A DNA stretch of 64,000 nucleotides, taken from the NCBI GenBank assembly GCA_012295275.1, contig CM022669.1, positions 6,200,001 to 6,264,000 on the forward strand, given 5' to 3'. Positions within the stretch are counted from its first letter, which is position 1; each line of letters starts with the position of its first letter. The translations under genes and the position numbers were made by a program. Of the stretch, positions 35,301 through 49,100 are shown piece by piece. The stretch comes from Chrysomallon squamiferum (taxonomy: Eukaryota; Animalia; Mollusca). A model generated the notes under the pieces. That model had not been told where the DNA came from. It did not search any database and worked only from the letters and a program-made list of their open reading frames with translations.

Positions 35301-36526
35301 TGGTGAAAAGACCCTAAGGTTATTGCTATGATCATTTAGTGGACTGTTAAAACAGATAATAAGTTAAGATTAAAAGAAGTTTAGATCAGATAAATTTAAA
35401 AGAATTTACCTGTGCAAGTAATTTGATTGTCATGTATGCACAGCATTGATAAGCAAACATTTAAATTTCAACCTACAAAAATATTAATGAAACAAAAGAT
35501 TCCCCAAAAGGTTTATGATTATTATGTAAACTCACAGTATAATTCTTTAACACAGATTATTAATTTATTGACATAATGTATAATTCATACATAATCAGAG
35601 ATTTATTTATTATTGTGTGAACTTATGATAAAAGTTAATGTTATGTCAATAGTTACCTTTGTAGGTTATCAGGTTGCTTATATATTTATTAAGCTCACAT
35701 TTAAAATGTGATATTGTAAATACATTGACAAACTTGTTCAGCTGAAGTTGTATCTATGCATTATGTTTCATTGGTTGTGTCATTAGCCTTACAGCATATA
35801 TCATACAAAATCACTGTGTCACATAGTGCCATCTTCTTAAATGCAATATTCATGTGCATATTCATTCAGTGACAGACACACACAGAGATCAGAGGTCATA
35901 TGTACATATATGCATAAATGCATACATACAAATATCCGCTGAAATCTATCTATGTTAAATAGTTTGATCTTTATTCTTCTGGTATTTGTGTTAATTTTAC
36001 CCTTAGCTTTAAATTATACCATTTTGTATATACCATTATATTGTTGTTTGTTTTAGATGTTTCTCTTTCATCTTTCATTTTGTTCATCCTCTTGTACAAT
36101 TACCAATGTAACCATTCACCTAACATTTGGCATTATGTGTCTTGCCCATCTAGTTTACATAGTGCACTGTGCTTTTATTACTCAAGATCAGAACTCTGGT
36201 TTTCTCACTGCTGACATGTTAAAAAGTATTTGCAGTTGTATAATAATCTTGTATTATAATTTTAATAATGTTTCCCTTCTGTTTTTTTCTTTCTTTTTTC
36301 TTGTAATTTAATGCTACACAAAAATTTGAGTAAAGTGGTTTTAAAGGATTTAATAAATTATCCCTCTCTTGCTTTAAAAGAAATACGCAGAAAGATCTAT
36401 TATAAATATATATACATTATAAATTCTTGTAAAACTTACTTTATCTTACTTGCAAAATTACCAATACAAAGTAATTATTTATTTATTTTTATTTTTTTAT
36501 CATAGCTGATGTTATTGTTATTGTTG

Positions 36527-36579
<53 letters not shown>

Positions 36580-39500
36580 TTTCTAAATATTTAGTTTGGT
36601 TATAAATACGTTACAGCAAGGACTAGACTAGAGTTCCAGCAGTCTGTTTACTGCTGAATTATTCATATTGTTTTGTTTGTATGTAAGATAATAAAATACA
36701 ATTTAAAATAAATTTAAAAAAATATATCAAAATATAGCTCAGGAAATATTGATGCTAGGGGTCGCAGTGATGCATGCACCGGGATGCATCAGGCCCCAGC
36801 TCAGAGGATGAATATCCCGGTTGTTTTGTAAATACAAGTTGTTAAACATTTCTTCTCACCTCCTCATTTAGTCACCGTTAGATTTGGTAAGTGTTATTAT
36901 TGCGCTGATCTCTGACTACGAACTCTCATGATCACCAGCTTGGCATATTCTCTAACCTTCTAACTTGTTCAGTTGCAAAATATAATTTGTGTGACTGAAG
37001 TATTGCGTGACTATTGTGCAGTTTATCAGACAATCCTGTACAAATCCTACTGATGATTACTTACTGTTCAGTAGGTGTTTAACAAAACTTTTGAGTAGAT
37101 AATCTTATCACACTAGACAGCTGGATGAGAATCTCAACAACAAAAAAAGTCAGTAAAAGTTAGCCCATCCTCACAACATGAGTAAAGTATTGAACAACAA
37201 TTCTGTACAATTATGCATCATTCTCACAACATGAGTAAAGTGTTGTATGATTCTACAGTCTCACAGAAAACTGGTCATTTTTAAAATTCATTTGGCATTT
37301 TGTATTAATTACTCTAACTGCAGAAAATTACTTTTGTAAAGTTTCATCCCAGTAGAAATTCTCATCACCTGCAGTTGAACTGGAATTTTTAGAAATTACA
37401 CTACAATAGAACATTTGATCACTCAAGCAGTCTCTGATTACAACTTTATATACAACTCCTGCTATAAGATTGATCACGTGATTCAAACTGGAATTGGCAC
37501 CAATATAATTTGTTGCTAATCTGGTGATTGTCAGGAGTTGTGTTCTCTCAAATCAGAACAAAACAAGATGTCTGGAAGTGTAGAAAATAGAACACAGTGT
37601 TTAGCTGGGTCATGATGAGAGCTCATAGTCTGAGGTTGGCTGTAGAGAAATGTTACACACTAAGGAGTGGTTTGTTCATAGTTCTCATCAGATAAATATT
37701 GTTACCTTCTTCTTTCTCATAAATATTGTTTCTAATTCATCACATTTAATTATATAGAAACATCTTGAAAAATCAAAATATAATTTTCAAAAAAGTGTAT
37801 GAACTAATAGTTGAATAACAATTAGTGATTATTGTATTTATTCTGAAAGCAAAATTAATGGTCACATTTTAAATAATGAACATCTATAAAATACAACAGA
37901 TAAACCTGTATATCTTCTCCCTGCCTCCCAATACATTTTATTTATTGAAGTAAGAATGTGGTGGTTAAATACAGTGGCCATAATAACAGGGTTTTGCTGT
38001 TTCATCTGTAAATATTCTCAATCATCATTGTTGTTTTGTTGTTTTTTTACCTGCTTGTTTCTGTTTTAATGCATTGTTATTTTAATTCATCAGTTGTTAT
38101 GTGCATGTACTAATAATTACAATTCAATTCTAGCTGATCATTTTGTAAATTTTTTTATTTTATTTTCAGACATACTGATTAATGAATGGATTTATTTCAT
38201 CTAAAAGTCATATACCTCATATCAAATTATGTGTTCATTAATTATATCTGTTAACACAACCATTAATAGAGTTTATTATTTATATTCTGTTCATCAGATA
38301 TTACTTAATAATTATACATTTATGAAATGTGTGAAAGACTGAATACATAATTAACAGTCATAAAGTTATTAGTTCATTAATTCTTCGTAGCCAGGTATTA
38401 ATACTTCTGATTTTCTTTTTTTTTTTTTCTTTTTTTTTTCTCTCCCAGTTGTTGTTGTTTGTATTTTCTTTTATTTTTATTTAGTACTGAGTCTTATTTT
38501 TTTACATTTTTTTCTTATTGATTTATTTTTTGTTTGTTTGTTTGTTTATTTAAAATGCTTAATCCCATAAGCAAAATCTTTTTTTCTTTCTTTTTTTTTC
38601 ATCAGTTTTCTATCCAGACTTCGTGAAATTGTGAAAAATTCTTTATTATTTTTTGTTTTTGTTCCCCCAGTTTGGCTGATATGTAAGTCTTAAATATTAA
38701 AAAGTTATATAATAATTAGTAAATTTTTTAGTAAAAAAAAAAAAAAAAAAAAAAAAAGAAAGAAAAAAGAATAAGAAAATAATAAGTGTTTTATTCATCT
38801 GTATTCAAATATTACAGACTATTCTCAGAAAACATATTGGCTACTTGTAAATACATTAAATATTTGACTTTCATTTTAATTTCTTTTCTTGTTTTGTTTG
38901 TTTTGTTTGTTTGTTTTTTAAAAATAATTTCTAATGTCAGAAAAATAAGATAAATCACCTATGAATAGAGAACTCTGAATATCCCAGTTAACATCATGGT
39001 TCTGTTCCAGTAACCATAACTCAGGGATAACCAATGATCTCAAGGCAGTATTTGATCAGAATTGCCTCCCTTTTTTTCTGAAGAGATTATTTTATCAACC
39101 ATGTTTATGCTTTACTTTATATATCTAGTTTTTGTTTTCATTTGCTGATTAATGAATTAATTAATATTAGACAGTTTTAAACAGGATTTATGTTTACAGT
39201 CATTTAAAATGAAAAACCAACAGTATCAGGCTTGGATTTTTTTGTTTTGTTTTGTTTTGGGATTGTGGTGTTTTCATTGGTTATTATTATTATTATTATT
39301 ATTAAGACTACTACTACTATTTTTTTAGCTGTTTCATTATTACTCTTATATTAATTTGCATTATTATTTTTTAATTACCAAACTTGTTTTTCAGACAATA
39401 CAAATACTAAGTTGACTGAATATACATAGTTATATGAAAAGTTAATGTTATTTTCTGATGTTGCCATATTTTGATTTCTGTGATCATCATCAATGTCCCT

Positions 39501-41974
39501 TTTGTTATTAGCTTTGATTTCGTTAATAAAAGGTGTGGTTACGGTTTTCAAGTTTTGTTGTTTGTTCACTTATTTTTGCCTACCGTAAACATTTTTCTAT
39601 TTAGTGAATGTGTTTATAAAAATAACTGTTTTACTAAGAAGAGTACTTTTCAGTGTATTATACATCTATTTAATACTCAAAAGCTTTTTTTTTCCTTTTT
39701 AATGTATTGCAATGTTATTCAGATATTTAGTAATTTAATACCTTAAAAAGATGACAGTTTTCTTTCTTAGATTTCATTATGAAAATTTATCCTTTGGCAC
39801 CTAATAGTAATTGATATCATTTCATATCTGTTAACAATTTGTGGAATAAAATTTATAATTACACTATATTTATTTATTTTTTAATTTTTAATTTTTTTTT
39901 TTTTTTTTTTTTTTTGTAACAGTTTATATATCCCAAATTTTTTGGAATATTCATATTTATCAAAACTTTTTTCATTAGATAATATTCTGTTGTTTTTTTT
40001 TTCTTTTTGGATTGCCTTAATTTAATGAAGTATTTTATTTTGTCCAACTAAGTGACAACATTATGTAAATAATAATTTTTATAAGCATTATGGTTTTACT
40101 AGAAACACTTGACTGAGTTTACTACATCACCAGTTTGTGTGCAAAGAAGTAATTTTCTTCTTTTTTCAAAATTTATTTTTGTTACACAGGTGGAAGTGTT
40201 GGTTGGTCCAGATCGTGGCAAGCAGGGAATTGTGAACCAGATCATCAAAGAAAGAAACTGGTGTATTGTGGAAGGAATGAACTGTGTAAGTAGTTCTTTT
40301 GTTTGTTGTTTGTTCACAAATATAAAAATAAAAAACATACAGAGTAACCAACATTCACAAGAATTCCCAACATATAAAATATAGTAATGAATTACAAAGT
40401 GGCATACATTTTTAGTGTTCATATTTTTGAGATACAATATTAAAAACGAAATGTCTTTATTTTTTTTTTTAACATTATTATTTTTATTTATGTATATTCT
40501 ATTTTTTTTTTTTTTTTGCAGAGTTGGATGTATATTTTTCTTTCTTATTTTTATTTATTTTATATTTATTAAAATCAGGGATGTTAAGTTCTCTTACATA
40601 CAAGGGTCATAAATAATTGCAACAGAAAAAGAAAATGTCATTTACGAAATTTCATTATCATTTTCTTCATGTCTGTAGCAAAAACTTTATGCCTTTCCTG
40701 AGAAAATCTTAGTAATTTTATATTTAATACATTTTATGAGAAATCAGAATATATTTTTTGTTAATGAATGTATTTATTTGAACACAGAAATTCCGATGGG
40801 TAAACAAAACACCTACAAGTGCAGGAACAGTAATGAAAGAAGAGAAGCCACTGATGATCACCTCGGATGTCAGCCTTGTGGATCCCTCAGACAGGTAAAC
40901 ATTTTAAATTTATCTCTTAATATGAAACATGCACTAGTTTTCTTATACACGTGACAATTTAACAAGTCAGAGATTAGTTTGTATCATAAGTACTTCAGTA
41001 AAAACCTGTACATAGTAATAAACAAATTATAAAATATTTATATATACAAGTTAATATGAAAACTGCAAATTAAATTACACGATCATTTCCAGTTTTGATC
41101 TGAATGAATAAAAGCCTACAGCTGTATTAGATTTAGAACTGCTATAACAGTACTGGCCTCAACTGGACCATAGATTTCAAGTGAAGTTGATTTTTAACGA
41201 TGGTCTTACCTAGAATATAGTACAGCAGTTCAGTGAATATATGGATAAAGTAATGACAGATAACCTGATTTTGTGATTACAGTAAACCAACTGCTGTTGA
41301 GTGGAGATACACTGAGGATGGAGAGAGAGTTCGTGTTTCAGTCAGAACAGGCAGAATCGTTCCCATTTCAAAACAGAAAGATGATACCTTGTACGACAAT
41401 GTGAAAATTAGTACATACGTAGGTAAGTTAGAAATCAGCAGGACTGTGATGTCAGATAAGTAAATAATGACATTTATAGTAGAAGTGTTTTGTTAATAAA
41501 TCATTAAAATATGAGTGTATCCTAGTCTTATATATAACCAGTGTCTGAAAAGAGACTTATTAACATCAATGTTACGTACCATGCTGAAAATTAATGCATT
41601 TTAAAAAAAAATCTTTGGAAAATGTTTCAGTGTTATAATTACTGATATTTATTGACTAAATGATCTTTAAAATATTTTAATAATTAATTTTCTTTGTTTT
41701 AATAAACAATAAACCTCAAAGTATCAGAAGAAAAAGAAAAATAATTATTTTTATTTTATGGCGTATTAAAGTAATCAGTTCAGGAATGTTTAAAATATTT
41801 CACTTTTTTTTTTTTTTTTTTTTTATTATTATTTCAGAAAAAGACAAAGATACGAAAGAAAAAGAACTGAAAGAAATCACCTTCAAACCCAGGCTGTCAA
41901 CATTTGAAAATGACATAATTGAAAGAATGGGAATAAAAGATGACAGAAAACCAGCTAAAACTTACTGGTATTAG
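20676..41974 (+). CDS. MRPL24: Mitochondrial ribosomal protein L24 (uL24m), 5 coding exons, 244 aa
   Basis: Exons 20676-20930, 40190-40285, 40788-40894, 41283-41422, 41838-41974, all GT-AG and phase-compatible. KOW motif W.IFKGDR|[29 protein letters not shown], then [34 protein letters not shown], and C-terminal [28 protein letters not shown]. Confidence 0.95.
21695..21760. mobile_element. Isolated terminus of the same DNA transposon family
   Basis: gggtcgttccgtttcaaatcac...tgtctcagattttt resembles the termini at 12548 and 22910. Confidence 0.5.
22910..24000 (-). mobile_element. Decayed DNA transposon with transposase fragment (Sola2-like by motif)
   Basis: Frameshifted minus-strand peptide [58 protein letters not shown]...GTQQFH...[15 protein letters not shown]...FMDPHG (23376-23950). 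Terminus ggatcattccgtgtcaaatcaccc at 22910; possible opposite terminus at 24669-24688. Confidence 0.75.
24020..24668. repeat. Degenerate (AGT/GGT/AAT)n low-complexity tract
   Basis: Mixed trinucleotide repeats that generate spurious poly-Thr, poly-Val and poly-Leu ORFs. Confidence 0.85.
27230..27780 (+). promoter_or_regulatory. Candidate internal promoter and 5' exon for the nested ADK
   Basis: GC/CpG-richer patch inside a CpG-poor intron. Tandem bZIP-type sites TTACGTCA (27313-27320) and TTACGTTA (27323-27330). Good donor AAG|GTGAGG after 27772. Confidence 0.35.
31062..32093 (+). CDS. ADK: Adenosine kinase (PfkB family), single coding exon, 343 aa from the ATG, nested in an MRPL24 intron
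   Basis: Motifs [48 protein letters not shown] (NxxE), [21 protein letters not shown] (catalytic Asp) and C-terminal [10 protein letters not shown]. Acceptor tcttcag| at 31040, with the frame open from 31041. Confidence 0.96.
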   Translation: MSQIQEGILLGVGNPLLDISIHADQKFLDKYGLLPNNAIIAEEKHSKMFNEIVQNFKPSYLAGGATQNSIRVAQWLLQKPKATTFFGGVGDDKFKTILEEKARQVGVNVFYDVHPGEKTGICAAIITGENRSLVSELGAAEKFSLKFLENPQNWKYVETAQYYYIGGFLLPVNPKSITKIVKHAAENNKTVAMNLHATFLCHHFTDPNLGIMKYIDVLFGNNDEAADFSKHQGFKTSSVKEMALMMSDLPKINPSKKRIVVVTQGKEPTFLAHDGTVREFPVEPVDPKKIKDTNGCGDSFVGGFLSQMVQGKSIDDCMRCGFYAANVVIQNYGCTFPEKPNFK

Positions 41975-42523
41975 AGTCTAGAACACAAAATTCAGGGAAA
42001 ATCTAAACCTCTTTAAATCTCAGCAAAGCATAGTGTGAAGTACTGTAACAGAGATGGACATTTCTAATCACTCATTTAATCTTTGTAATAGTTGACAGGT
42101 TTTTGAGAATCATCCTCCGCTAATAAATTATTATTTATTTTTTGTGTGCTGTTTGTTTGTTAAATTATAATGACAACTAAATTCATCAGTTTAATTTCAG
42201 ATGGTTTTATAGCATTTTGTTCAAATATATTTTGAAGATTTATTTATAGATAACATTTATCTGCTGTTGAAAAGAAAGGTTTACATTTTAACATTAAGAC
42301 TGCAATATTCTTAAAACAAATAAAATTACCAAACAAACTTAGTAAGATTTATTTTTTATTCAGATGCTGAAACCATAACATGAACAAATAAACTTGATAA
42401 TAACAATTTTTATTTCCATCTAAATATTAAACAAAAAATGTTTAATGTCAGATAAACTGATTATTGAAATTACTACACTAACAAAAAAAAAAAAAAAAAA
42501 AAAAAAGAAAATTAAAAAACAAA

Positions 42524-42567
<44 letters not shown>

Positions 42568-43137
42568 ATAGAAAACAGAATTTTAATTTGGAAAAAGTCC
42601 AAATTTAGTGCATTAGTTGTTAAAACTGTCTAATTTTTGTGGTCAGCATCCTGGATCTAAAGATGGAATAATGAACACTTTATTTTAAAAATGATCATTG
42701 ACAGTATTCTTTTAAAAAACTGAAGTTTGTTACACTGCTGTTGTTTGCCACTACAGGTGTTTTTTTCAAGTGCTCTCGTGCAGATTAATAATTCTGTATT
42801 AATGTTTTACCTTAACTGAGGCAAAATAAGAACCAAAGGAATACAATTTATCATGTTAAAATGTTCACAAAAAACATTTTGACAAAATATGGACTTTCAC
42901 AACTATATATTTTATAATGAATTTTCTATTTTAGAAAAAGAAAAAGAAAAAGATTATAATAATAATAATAACAATAATTATTGTGTTTAGAAATCAGTCT
43001 GTGAATATTAGTATTTTAACATTTACATTTAAGTGGGTCTCAAAAGTGACCAACACATAAAAGTTGTAATACATGATTAAATTTTCAAAAAACACACATC
43101 AAACCAAATTTCATTCAGTAAAGATGGTTGTATCAGT

Positions 43138-46100
43138 TTAATAATAGGGTCTTCTTGGATTATTCTGAAAAAGAAACAGAATTATTTTACACTTTTGTTA
43201 TTAATTGGTGGAATTAAATAATTCCTTCAGTATGCAGGGTTTTTTTTTATATCCTACATTAAACCAGTATAATCATCTGAATTGTTCAAATCACATCCAA
43301 ATTTATAATTATTTGTTTGACTATTAGTATTTTTTTTTTTAAATTTTAAATTATTATTATTATTATTATTATGTTATGACATACTGATCAACCAAAACCA
43401 GTCTTGTTAATACAAAATCTAAAGTTTAAACTGGAAGGGTTTTTTGGGGAAAAATTTACTAACCAGTGGATTGGGTCGGAACCTGTACGCCAACATCATT
43501 CTCTTCCTGAAAGCATCAAATTCATCATCATCTGCTTCCAGACTGTCAGGTCGCTCTATGCCCAAACCATGACCATCGACTGCAGTTCTACCCCTGAACA
43601 GTCAAGTTTTAGTTATCAAAATCAAAATTTAAAATGTCTTAACAGATAAAACAACCTTCAAAACAGCACATGTATTAATCTGTCTGTCTATGCATGTATG
43701 TATCTGTTTAATATCTATTGATCTAACTGTATATATATATAGATAACATACACATTCTACAAATTCACAAAAATCCTCTTATAACCTTCTCATTTTATAT
43801 TTTTTAATACTTGGTAATTAAAGGCAACTCCCTGAGAAACACCACCCACACAAAATATCTGCATGTTGATAACTTACTTGTTGACTGGCTCAGTGATGCC
43901 TTGTCCTTCTGGTCCCAGACCTTCGCCTTCTTTCCAACCAAGTTTCTGCAGCATTTGAAATCCAAGGTTCTCACATGTTATCTTGAATTCCTTGTACTCT
44001 GAGTAATCTGGTTCTCGGCCTTCTTTCAAAGCCTGTATCAAAACAGTTTGATTTTATATAAATAAAATAAGTGCACTCACTCCGTGTGTGTGTGTGTGTG
44101 AGAAAGGAAGACAGAGACAGTAATAAAGAGAATATAAAAACTACTCATTTATTAATTGGTATCTTTATATTAACTTAATATGTGTATGCTTTATTTGTTT
44201 TATTATAATTGTATTTTTTTTTTTATTTTTTTTATTGTTCTACACATTAATTTAAAACAGTAATAATCTTTAAAAGTGCAAGGTAATTATTAACAGTGAA
44301 CATATTTCAGAGGAATATTACTAATACTGGTTTAATTTAAGTTCTTATAATTTTCATAATTTATTTTTAAAATAAAAATTTAAAATTTTAAAAATGGATT
44401 AATAAATATTTATTCACTTACAACATATTTTGATAATTAACAGATTCTGTTACTGCTAGAATTACTATTAAAGTATCTAATATGTTTTGTGAAATATTTA
44501 ATTTAGAAGAGTATCAGTAATAAATTGAAATGTTAACTGGTTATTAATTCAAAGACTTTTACCTTAAATGTCTCCATAAATCTTTCCAGTTCATCAGGAG
44601 GCAGGAAGTCTCCAATGAAATGCTTTCCTCGATTTGAATCTGTCAGCTTTTCTGCCCACTCTGTTAATCAAAAATAAATATTAAATATGATTAAATATCA
44701 GTTATTAGGTTGAAATGTTTATAATTCTTAATAAACTTGTTTTACATTAATTTTTATGGATTAACTTAGGATATTTATGTTTGCTTTATTTTCATGATAG
44801 TAATTTTTTAAAAACTGCAGGAACACAAATGATAATAATAGCATTATTAATAATAATGAAATAGGTTTGTTTTATATTCATATATACATTTAGTTCCTAT
44901 TATAATTTCTTCTATTCTTGTACTAAGTATGCTAAATATACCCATGAATCCAAAATGTATTAATTGTCTGATCATTTTAGTTATTTATTTATTTATTTAT
45001 TTTAAGGAAACAATTAATCATATGCACTGATAGGAATGCAATGCATTGGAGCTTAAACGCATCAAAAATAATCTTCAACATTTCAGTTCAAGCTAAAAAA
45101 ACTGAACTCAAGTGGGAAAACTGGCCCACACAGAATCCACCAAACCACTGATTATAATAATAAAAACAAAGTTACCTTTCGTGGCATTCATCTCAGCCAT
45201 TCTCTTCTTGTGTTCCCATGTACCACCCTCTGTGTCTTCATCCGAATCGTACTCGTATCTTGGTTTCTTGGTTGACATGATGCTTGCCATCATGGCTGCC
45301 TCACTGGCCTTCTTCTGTGCCAGAATCAGTTCATACATCATGTTCATCTAACAAGTAAACACACACTGATACAGTTTTAGAAGTAACTGCAGTTGGGTAT
45401 CGTTTGTGTTTTATACTTGTGGAAAGCCAGAGAAAGCTCAGTGACCATACTACAGGTTATATATATCATTTAAAACAATCTTTATACAAATCTTTTCAAG
45501 CAGTTTTTAGACATGTCTTTTCAAACAAATCATTATACATATCTTTTCAAGCAATGTGCTTTTCTCCAGATAGCATAATTGCATATCATGACATATATAC
45601 CAGCCACTGAATACTGCCTGTAATTGGAAGTAGCAAACAGGCAAACCAGAGAGGATTAATCCATGACCCACTGTTGAACAGATAAACTCACTAACACAGA
45701 TTTATATCTGCTTGCTTCCTTATTATGTTATCAAAACTTAGGCAAATAAATTTTGTTGTAAATATGATACTGAACAGTTTAAATGTAATTAGTGGCTTAA
45801 TACATAATAATTTTTTTTTAACTACTTGTATATAAGTTAATGTGCACACATGGAATAAGTTATTGTTTAAGATAAAAAAAAATAAAAAAAATCCTTGAAG
45901 TAACATCTGTTATCAGCTTAGAACTAAACTAAATTTAATATATCAGTTGCTAACATAAATGGATGCTAAAGTTAAAACAATAAATAATCAGCCATCTTAC
46001 CTCTTTCTGCTCTCGAATTTGTTTGAGCTGTTCTGGAGAGATGTCATCACTGCCAACCATCCTGCGAGCAAAGTCCTGCATTGTCGGGTAATGGTGAACT

Positions 46101-49100
46101 GCTACAAGCAACACAGAGCAGAAACATGGTAGTAATTGTGATCTTACCTGCTACTCTGTACAACCACTGTTAATGGATGATGTCTCAGTGAAGGCAATTA
46201 GTTAAAGCGAGTCTTCAGTATCATTAACTAAGAACTGAGTGACCTGGAGTACTTTAAATATTAAAATCTCCAGTAATGGTGGATACTGATGTGGTGGGTT
46301 TTCTATTGTAGGGTTTTGTTACATCGAAAGGTTTTTCAATTATAGGGATTAGTTATAGTCATTGAAAAGTGAGTTTTCCATTATTGGGATTAGTTTTATG
46401 CACTGACAAGTGGGTTTTCTATTATATGGATTAGTTAGTCATTTGAAAGGTGGGTTTTCTATTATAGGGATTATACAGTCATTGAGAAGTGAGTTTTCTA
46501 TTATAGATATTAGCTAAACACACTGACTGGCCGATTTTTTATTACAGGGATTACTTACAGACATTGAAACATGAGTTTTCAGTTACAGGGATTACATATA
46601 TGAAAGGGTGAGTTTTCTGTTAATGTGATTAGTTACAGATACAGAGAAGTGAGTTTTCAGTTACAGGGATTTGTTATAGACAAAAAGAGGTGAGTTCTCA
46701 ATAATGAGGATCAAGATAAATGCAAATAGTTGAGGTACTGAAAAGGGACTTCTCAGCAAAACAAACTAGTTACAGAAACAGAGTTTTGAATCCTCAATCA
46801 GATAGGATTAGTTCAGACATTAACAGATAGTTCATTAACAGGAATGAGATGTATTTATAGGTCAGTTTTTAGTACACTGTTGTTAACATCAAGAATCAAG
46901 ATCTCAGTAAATGGATTATATAGAAACAGAGGCAAGAAATAAACTGCCTTCAATAAATAGATACTTGACAGATATTTACAGATTAAAAGGTATGGTCTCA
47001 ACAATGGTAACAAGTTACACGTTAAAAGACAGTTCTAAACTGGTGGTGACATATTAGTTACAATATGAGGAAGAAAATTCTAAGAATTATTTACAGACTT
47101 TAAATGTATAAAATCCAGTGAATTTGTTGCTACCTTTGTTAGAAAAAAAGGAACCAACTAGATTTGATTGCCTGCAATTCTTTTAACATTTTCCATAGAA
47201 AGAACTAAATAAAGGTAGAATTAGTGAATTAGTTGGGAAAAAGATGAATGTATAGTAACTGGGTTAGTTACTGACACATAATATAACATATGGTGAAGAT
47301 GTAATAGCTATGGTAAGTAAAAAATATAAAACTTAACATTACCACTTTTGGTAAATTAATTTTGTTAACAGGAATGAAGTCAGTAATTGTGGATTACTAT
47401 CAGTTCCTGGGTTCTTTGTTATGCTGGATTATAAATGATTCAACAATTCTTCCATTGTTCATAGTAGTATTCATTTCATACATTCATGTCTTAATTCCCT
47501 GATGTAGGCATCATAAAGATGAATTATGCATAAACAAGATCACTTTTTGAAAACACACATAATAAAATATCAAACATGTTTTGTGTTTTGAGAAAACTAG
47601 AAGAAGTTATAAAACCCTAAACAGGAAAACAATTATCTTTCTTGAAGTTCTTCTAAAGAAAAGAAACGACAAAAAGAATATTCAATTAGAGATCAACATT
47701 AAAAACGTGTAGTAGGATAAATACATTTTTTTTTAATGAATATTAAAATTAACCTTAAGTGTAAATAAAAGAGAAAGTTTTAAAAAGTAATACAAATACC
47801 TTGCACGGGAGGTGTGACAGTAGCAATGCCACCTAGTTGTATACCTGTAGCAATTCCTGGGGCTGATGGAATTCCTGGTGCTAAACCAGGAACTCCGGGT
47901 ATTACAGATGCTACACCAGGTGTACCTGCTATGACACCAGGGGGAAGGGCAGACAAGTCTGACACGGCAGGGTTGTTCTCTTCAGGCCAGTCACCCCAGC
48001 GAGACTTGCGCTTCCTCTTCTTTTGTTGTGTTGACGATTCTCCTACAAAACATGTAGCAAGTTTTAAAATTACTTTAAAATATAAAGTTATAGCCCTTAC
48101 TATGTGTAAAACAAATAAATAAAAGAAGAAACGAAAATACAGTAACTTCAAAATTTAATTTTGAGAGGTCTTTTAATACATTTTGTTATAATGTAACATT
48201 CATTGTTAGAATTTAGAGGCTAACTATGAATTATATTACTGCATTTTAATTACACTAAAATAGAAAATATATTAAGATATGGTAACTCTGCAATGATTTA
48301 CCAGATGTCATTAATATTAAATAATAAGTTAATCATTAGCAACATGGTTTGCATTTCTATATTACAAATACCTTATCAAAAAATAGGAAATTTAGTCTCT
48401 ATGAGCATCTTGTTTTATTGTCATAATTTTTTTTTTTTTTGACAATTCAATATTAGTTTATTAGAAAACAATCATTTCAAATTATAATATTTACGGGTTA
48501 AAAAAAAACACAAGTGAATGTTAACAATTTAACTATTTAAATAAACATCTGAGTTACCTTTTTCACCAGACTCTTCACTTTTTGAAGGCTGTTTTTCTTC
48601 ACCAACATTTTTATCACCAACTGTAGACATTTCTTCCTTCACCTTCACAGTAGACACAGAAACAGCTTTTGTCTCTTTTGAAATCAATGTACCATTTTCA
48701 CTTTGTTCTTGTTTAATATTTTCCGTTTTAATTACAACATCATCAGCATTTTCCTTTCCATTTTGTTTATAAGCGCCATGGCTGGTATCCATCATTTGTC
48801 CCACATCACAACTATCTTCAGTCATTTTGCCTTCATCGAACTTCTCCTTTTTTGGTATCATCTGCTTTTCAGGAAATTTCTTCAAATCGTTGTCGTTAGC
48901 AGTTTTTTCAGATTCCTTCAGCTCAGGGTGCCCATCTGGAGTTGATACTTCAGAATCCAAATTTCCTTGTGCTGTTTTTCCAGTTTCCTGCTGCTGCTCA
49001 CTCTTCAATCCCTGTTCTTCTGGAAAGTCCTCAGTCTTAAAAGATTCATGTGTAGATGCCACTGGTGAAGAAACGGCTTCATCTTTCTTCTTCCTTCGAC

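Noticed and set aside
46290-46710. Possible CRISPR-like array
   Set aside because: Degenerate adjacent units with no unique spacers, in a eukaryotic intron, with no cas genes.
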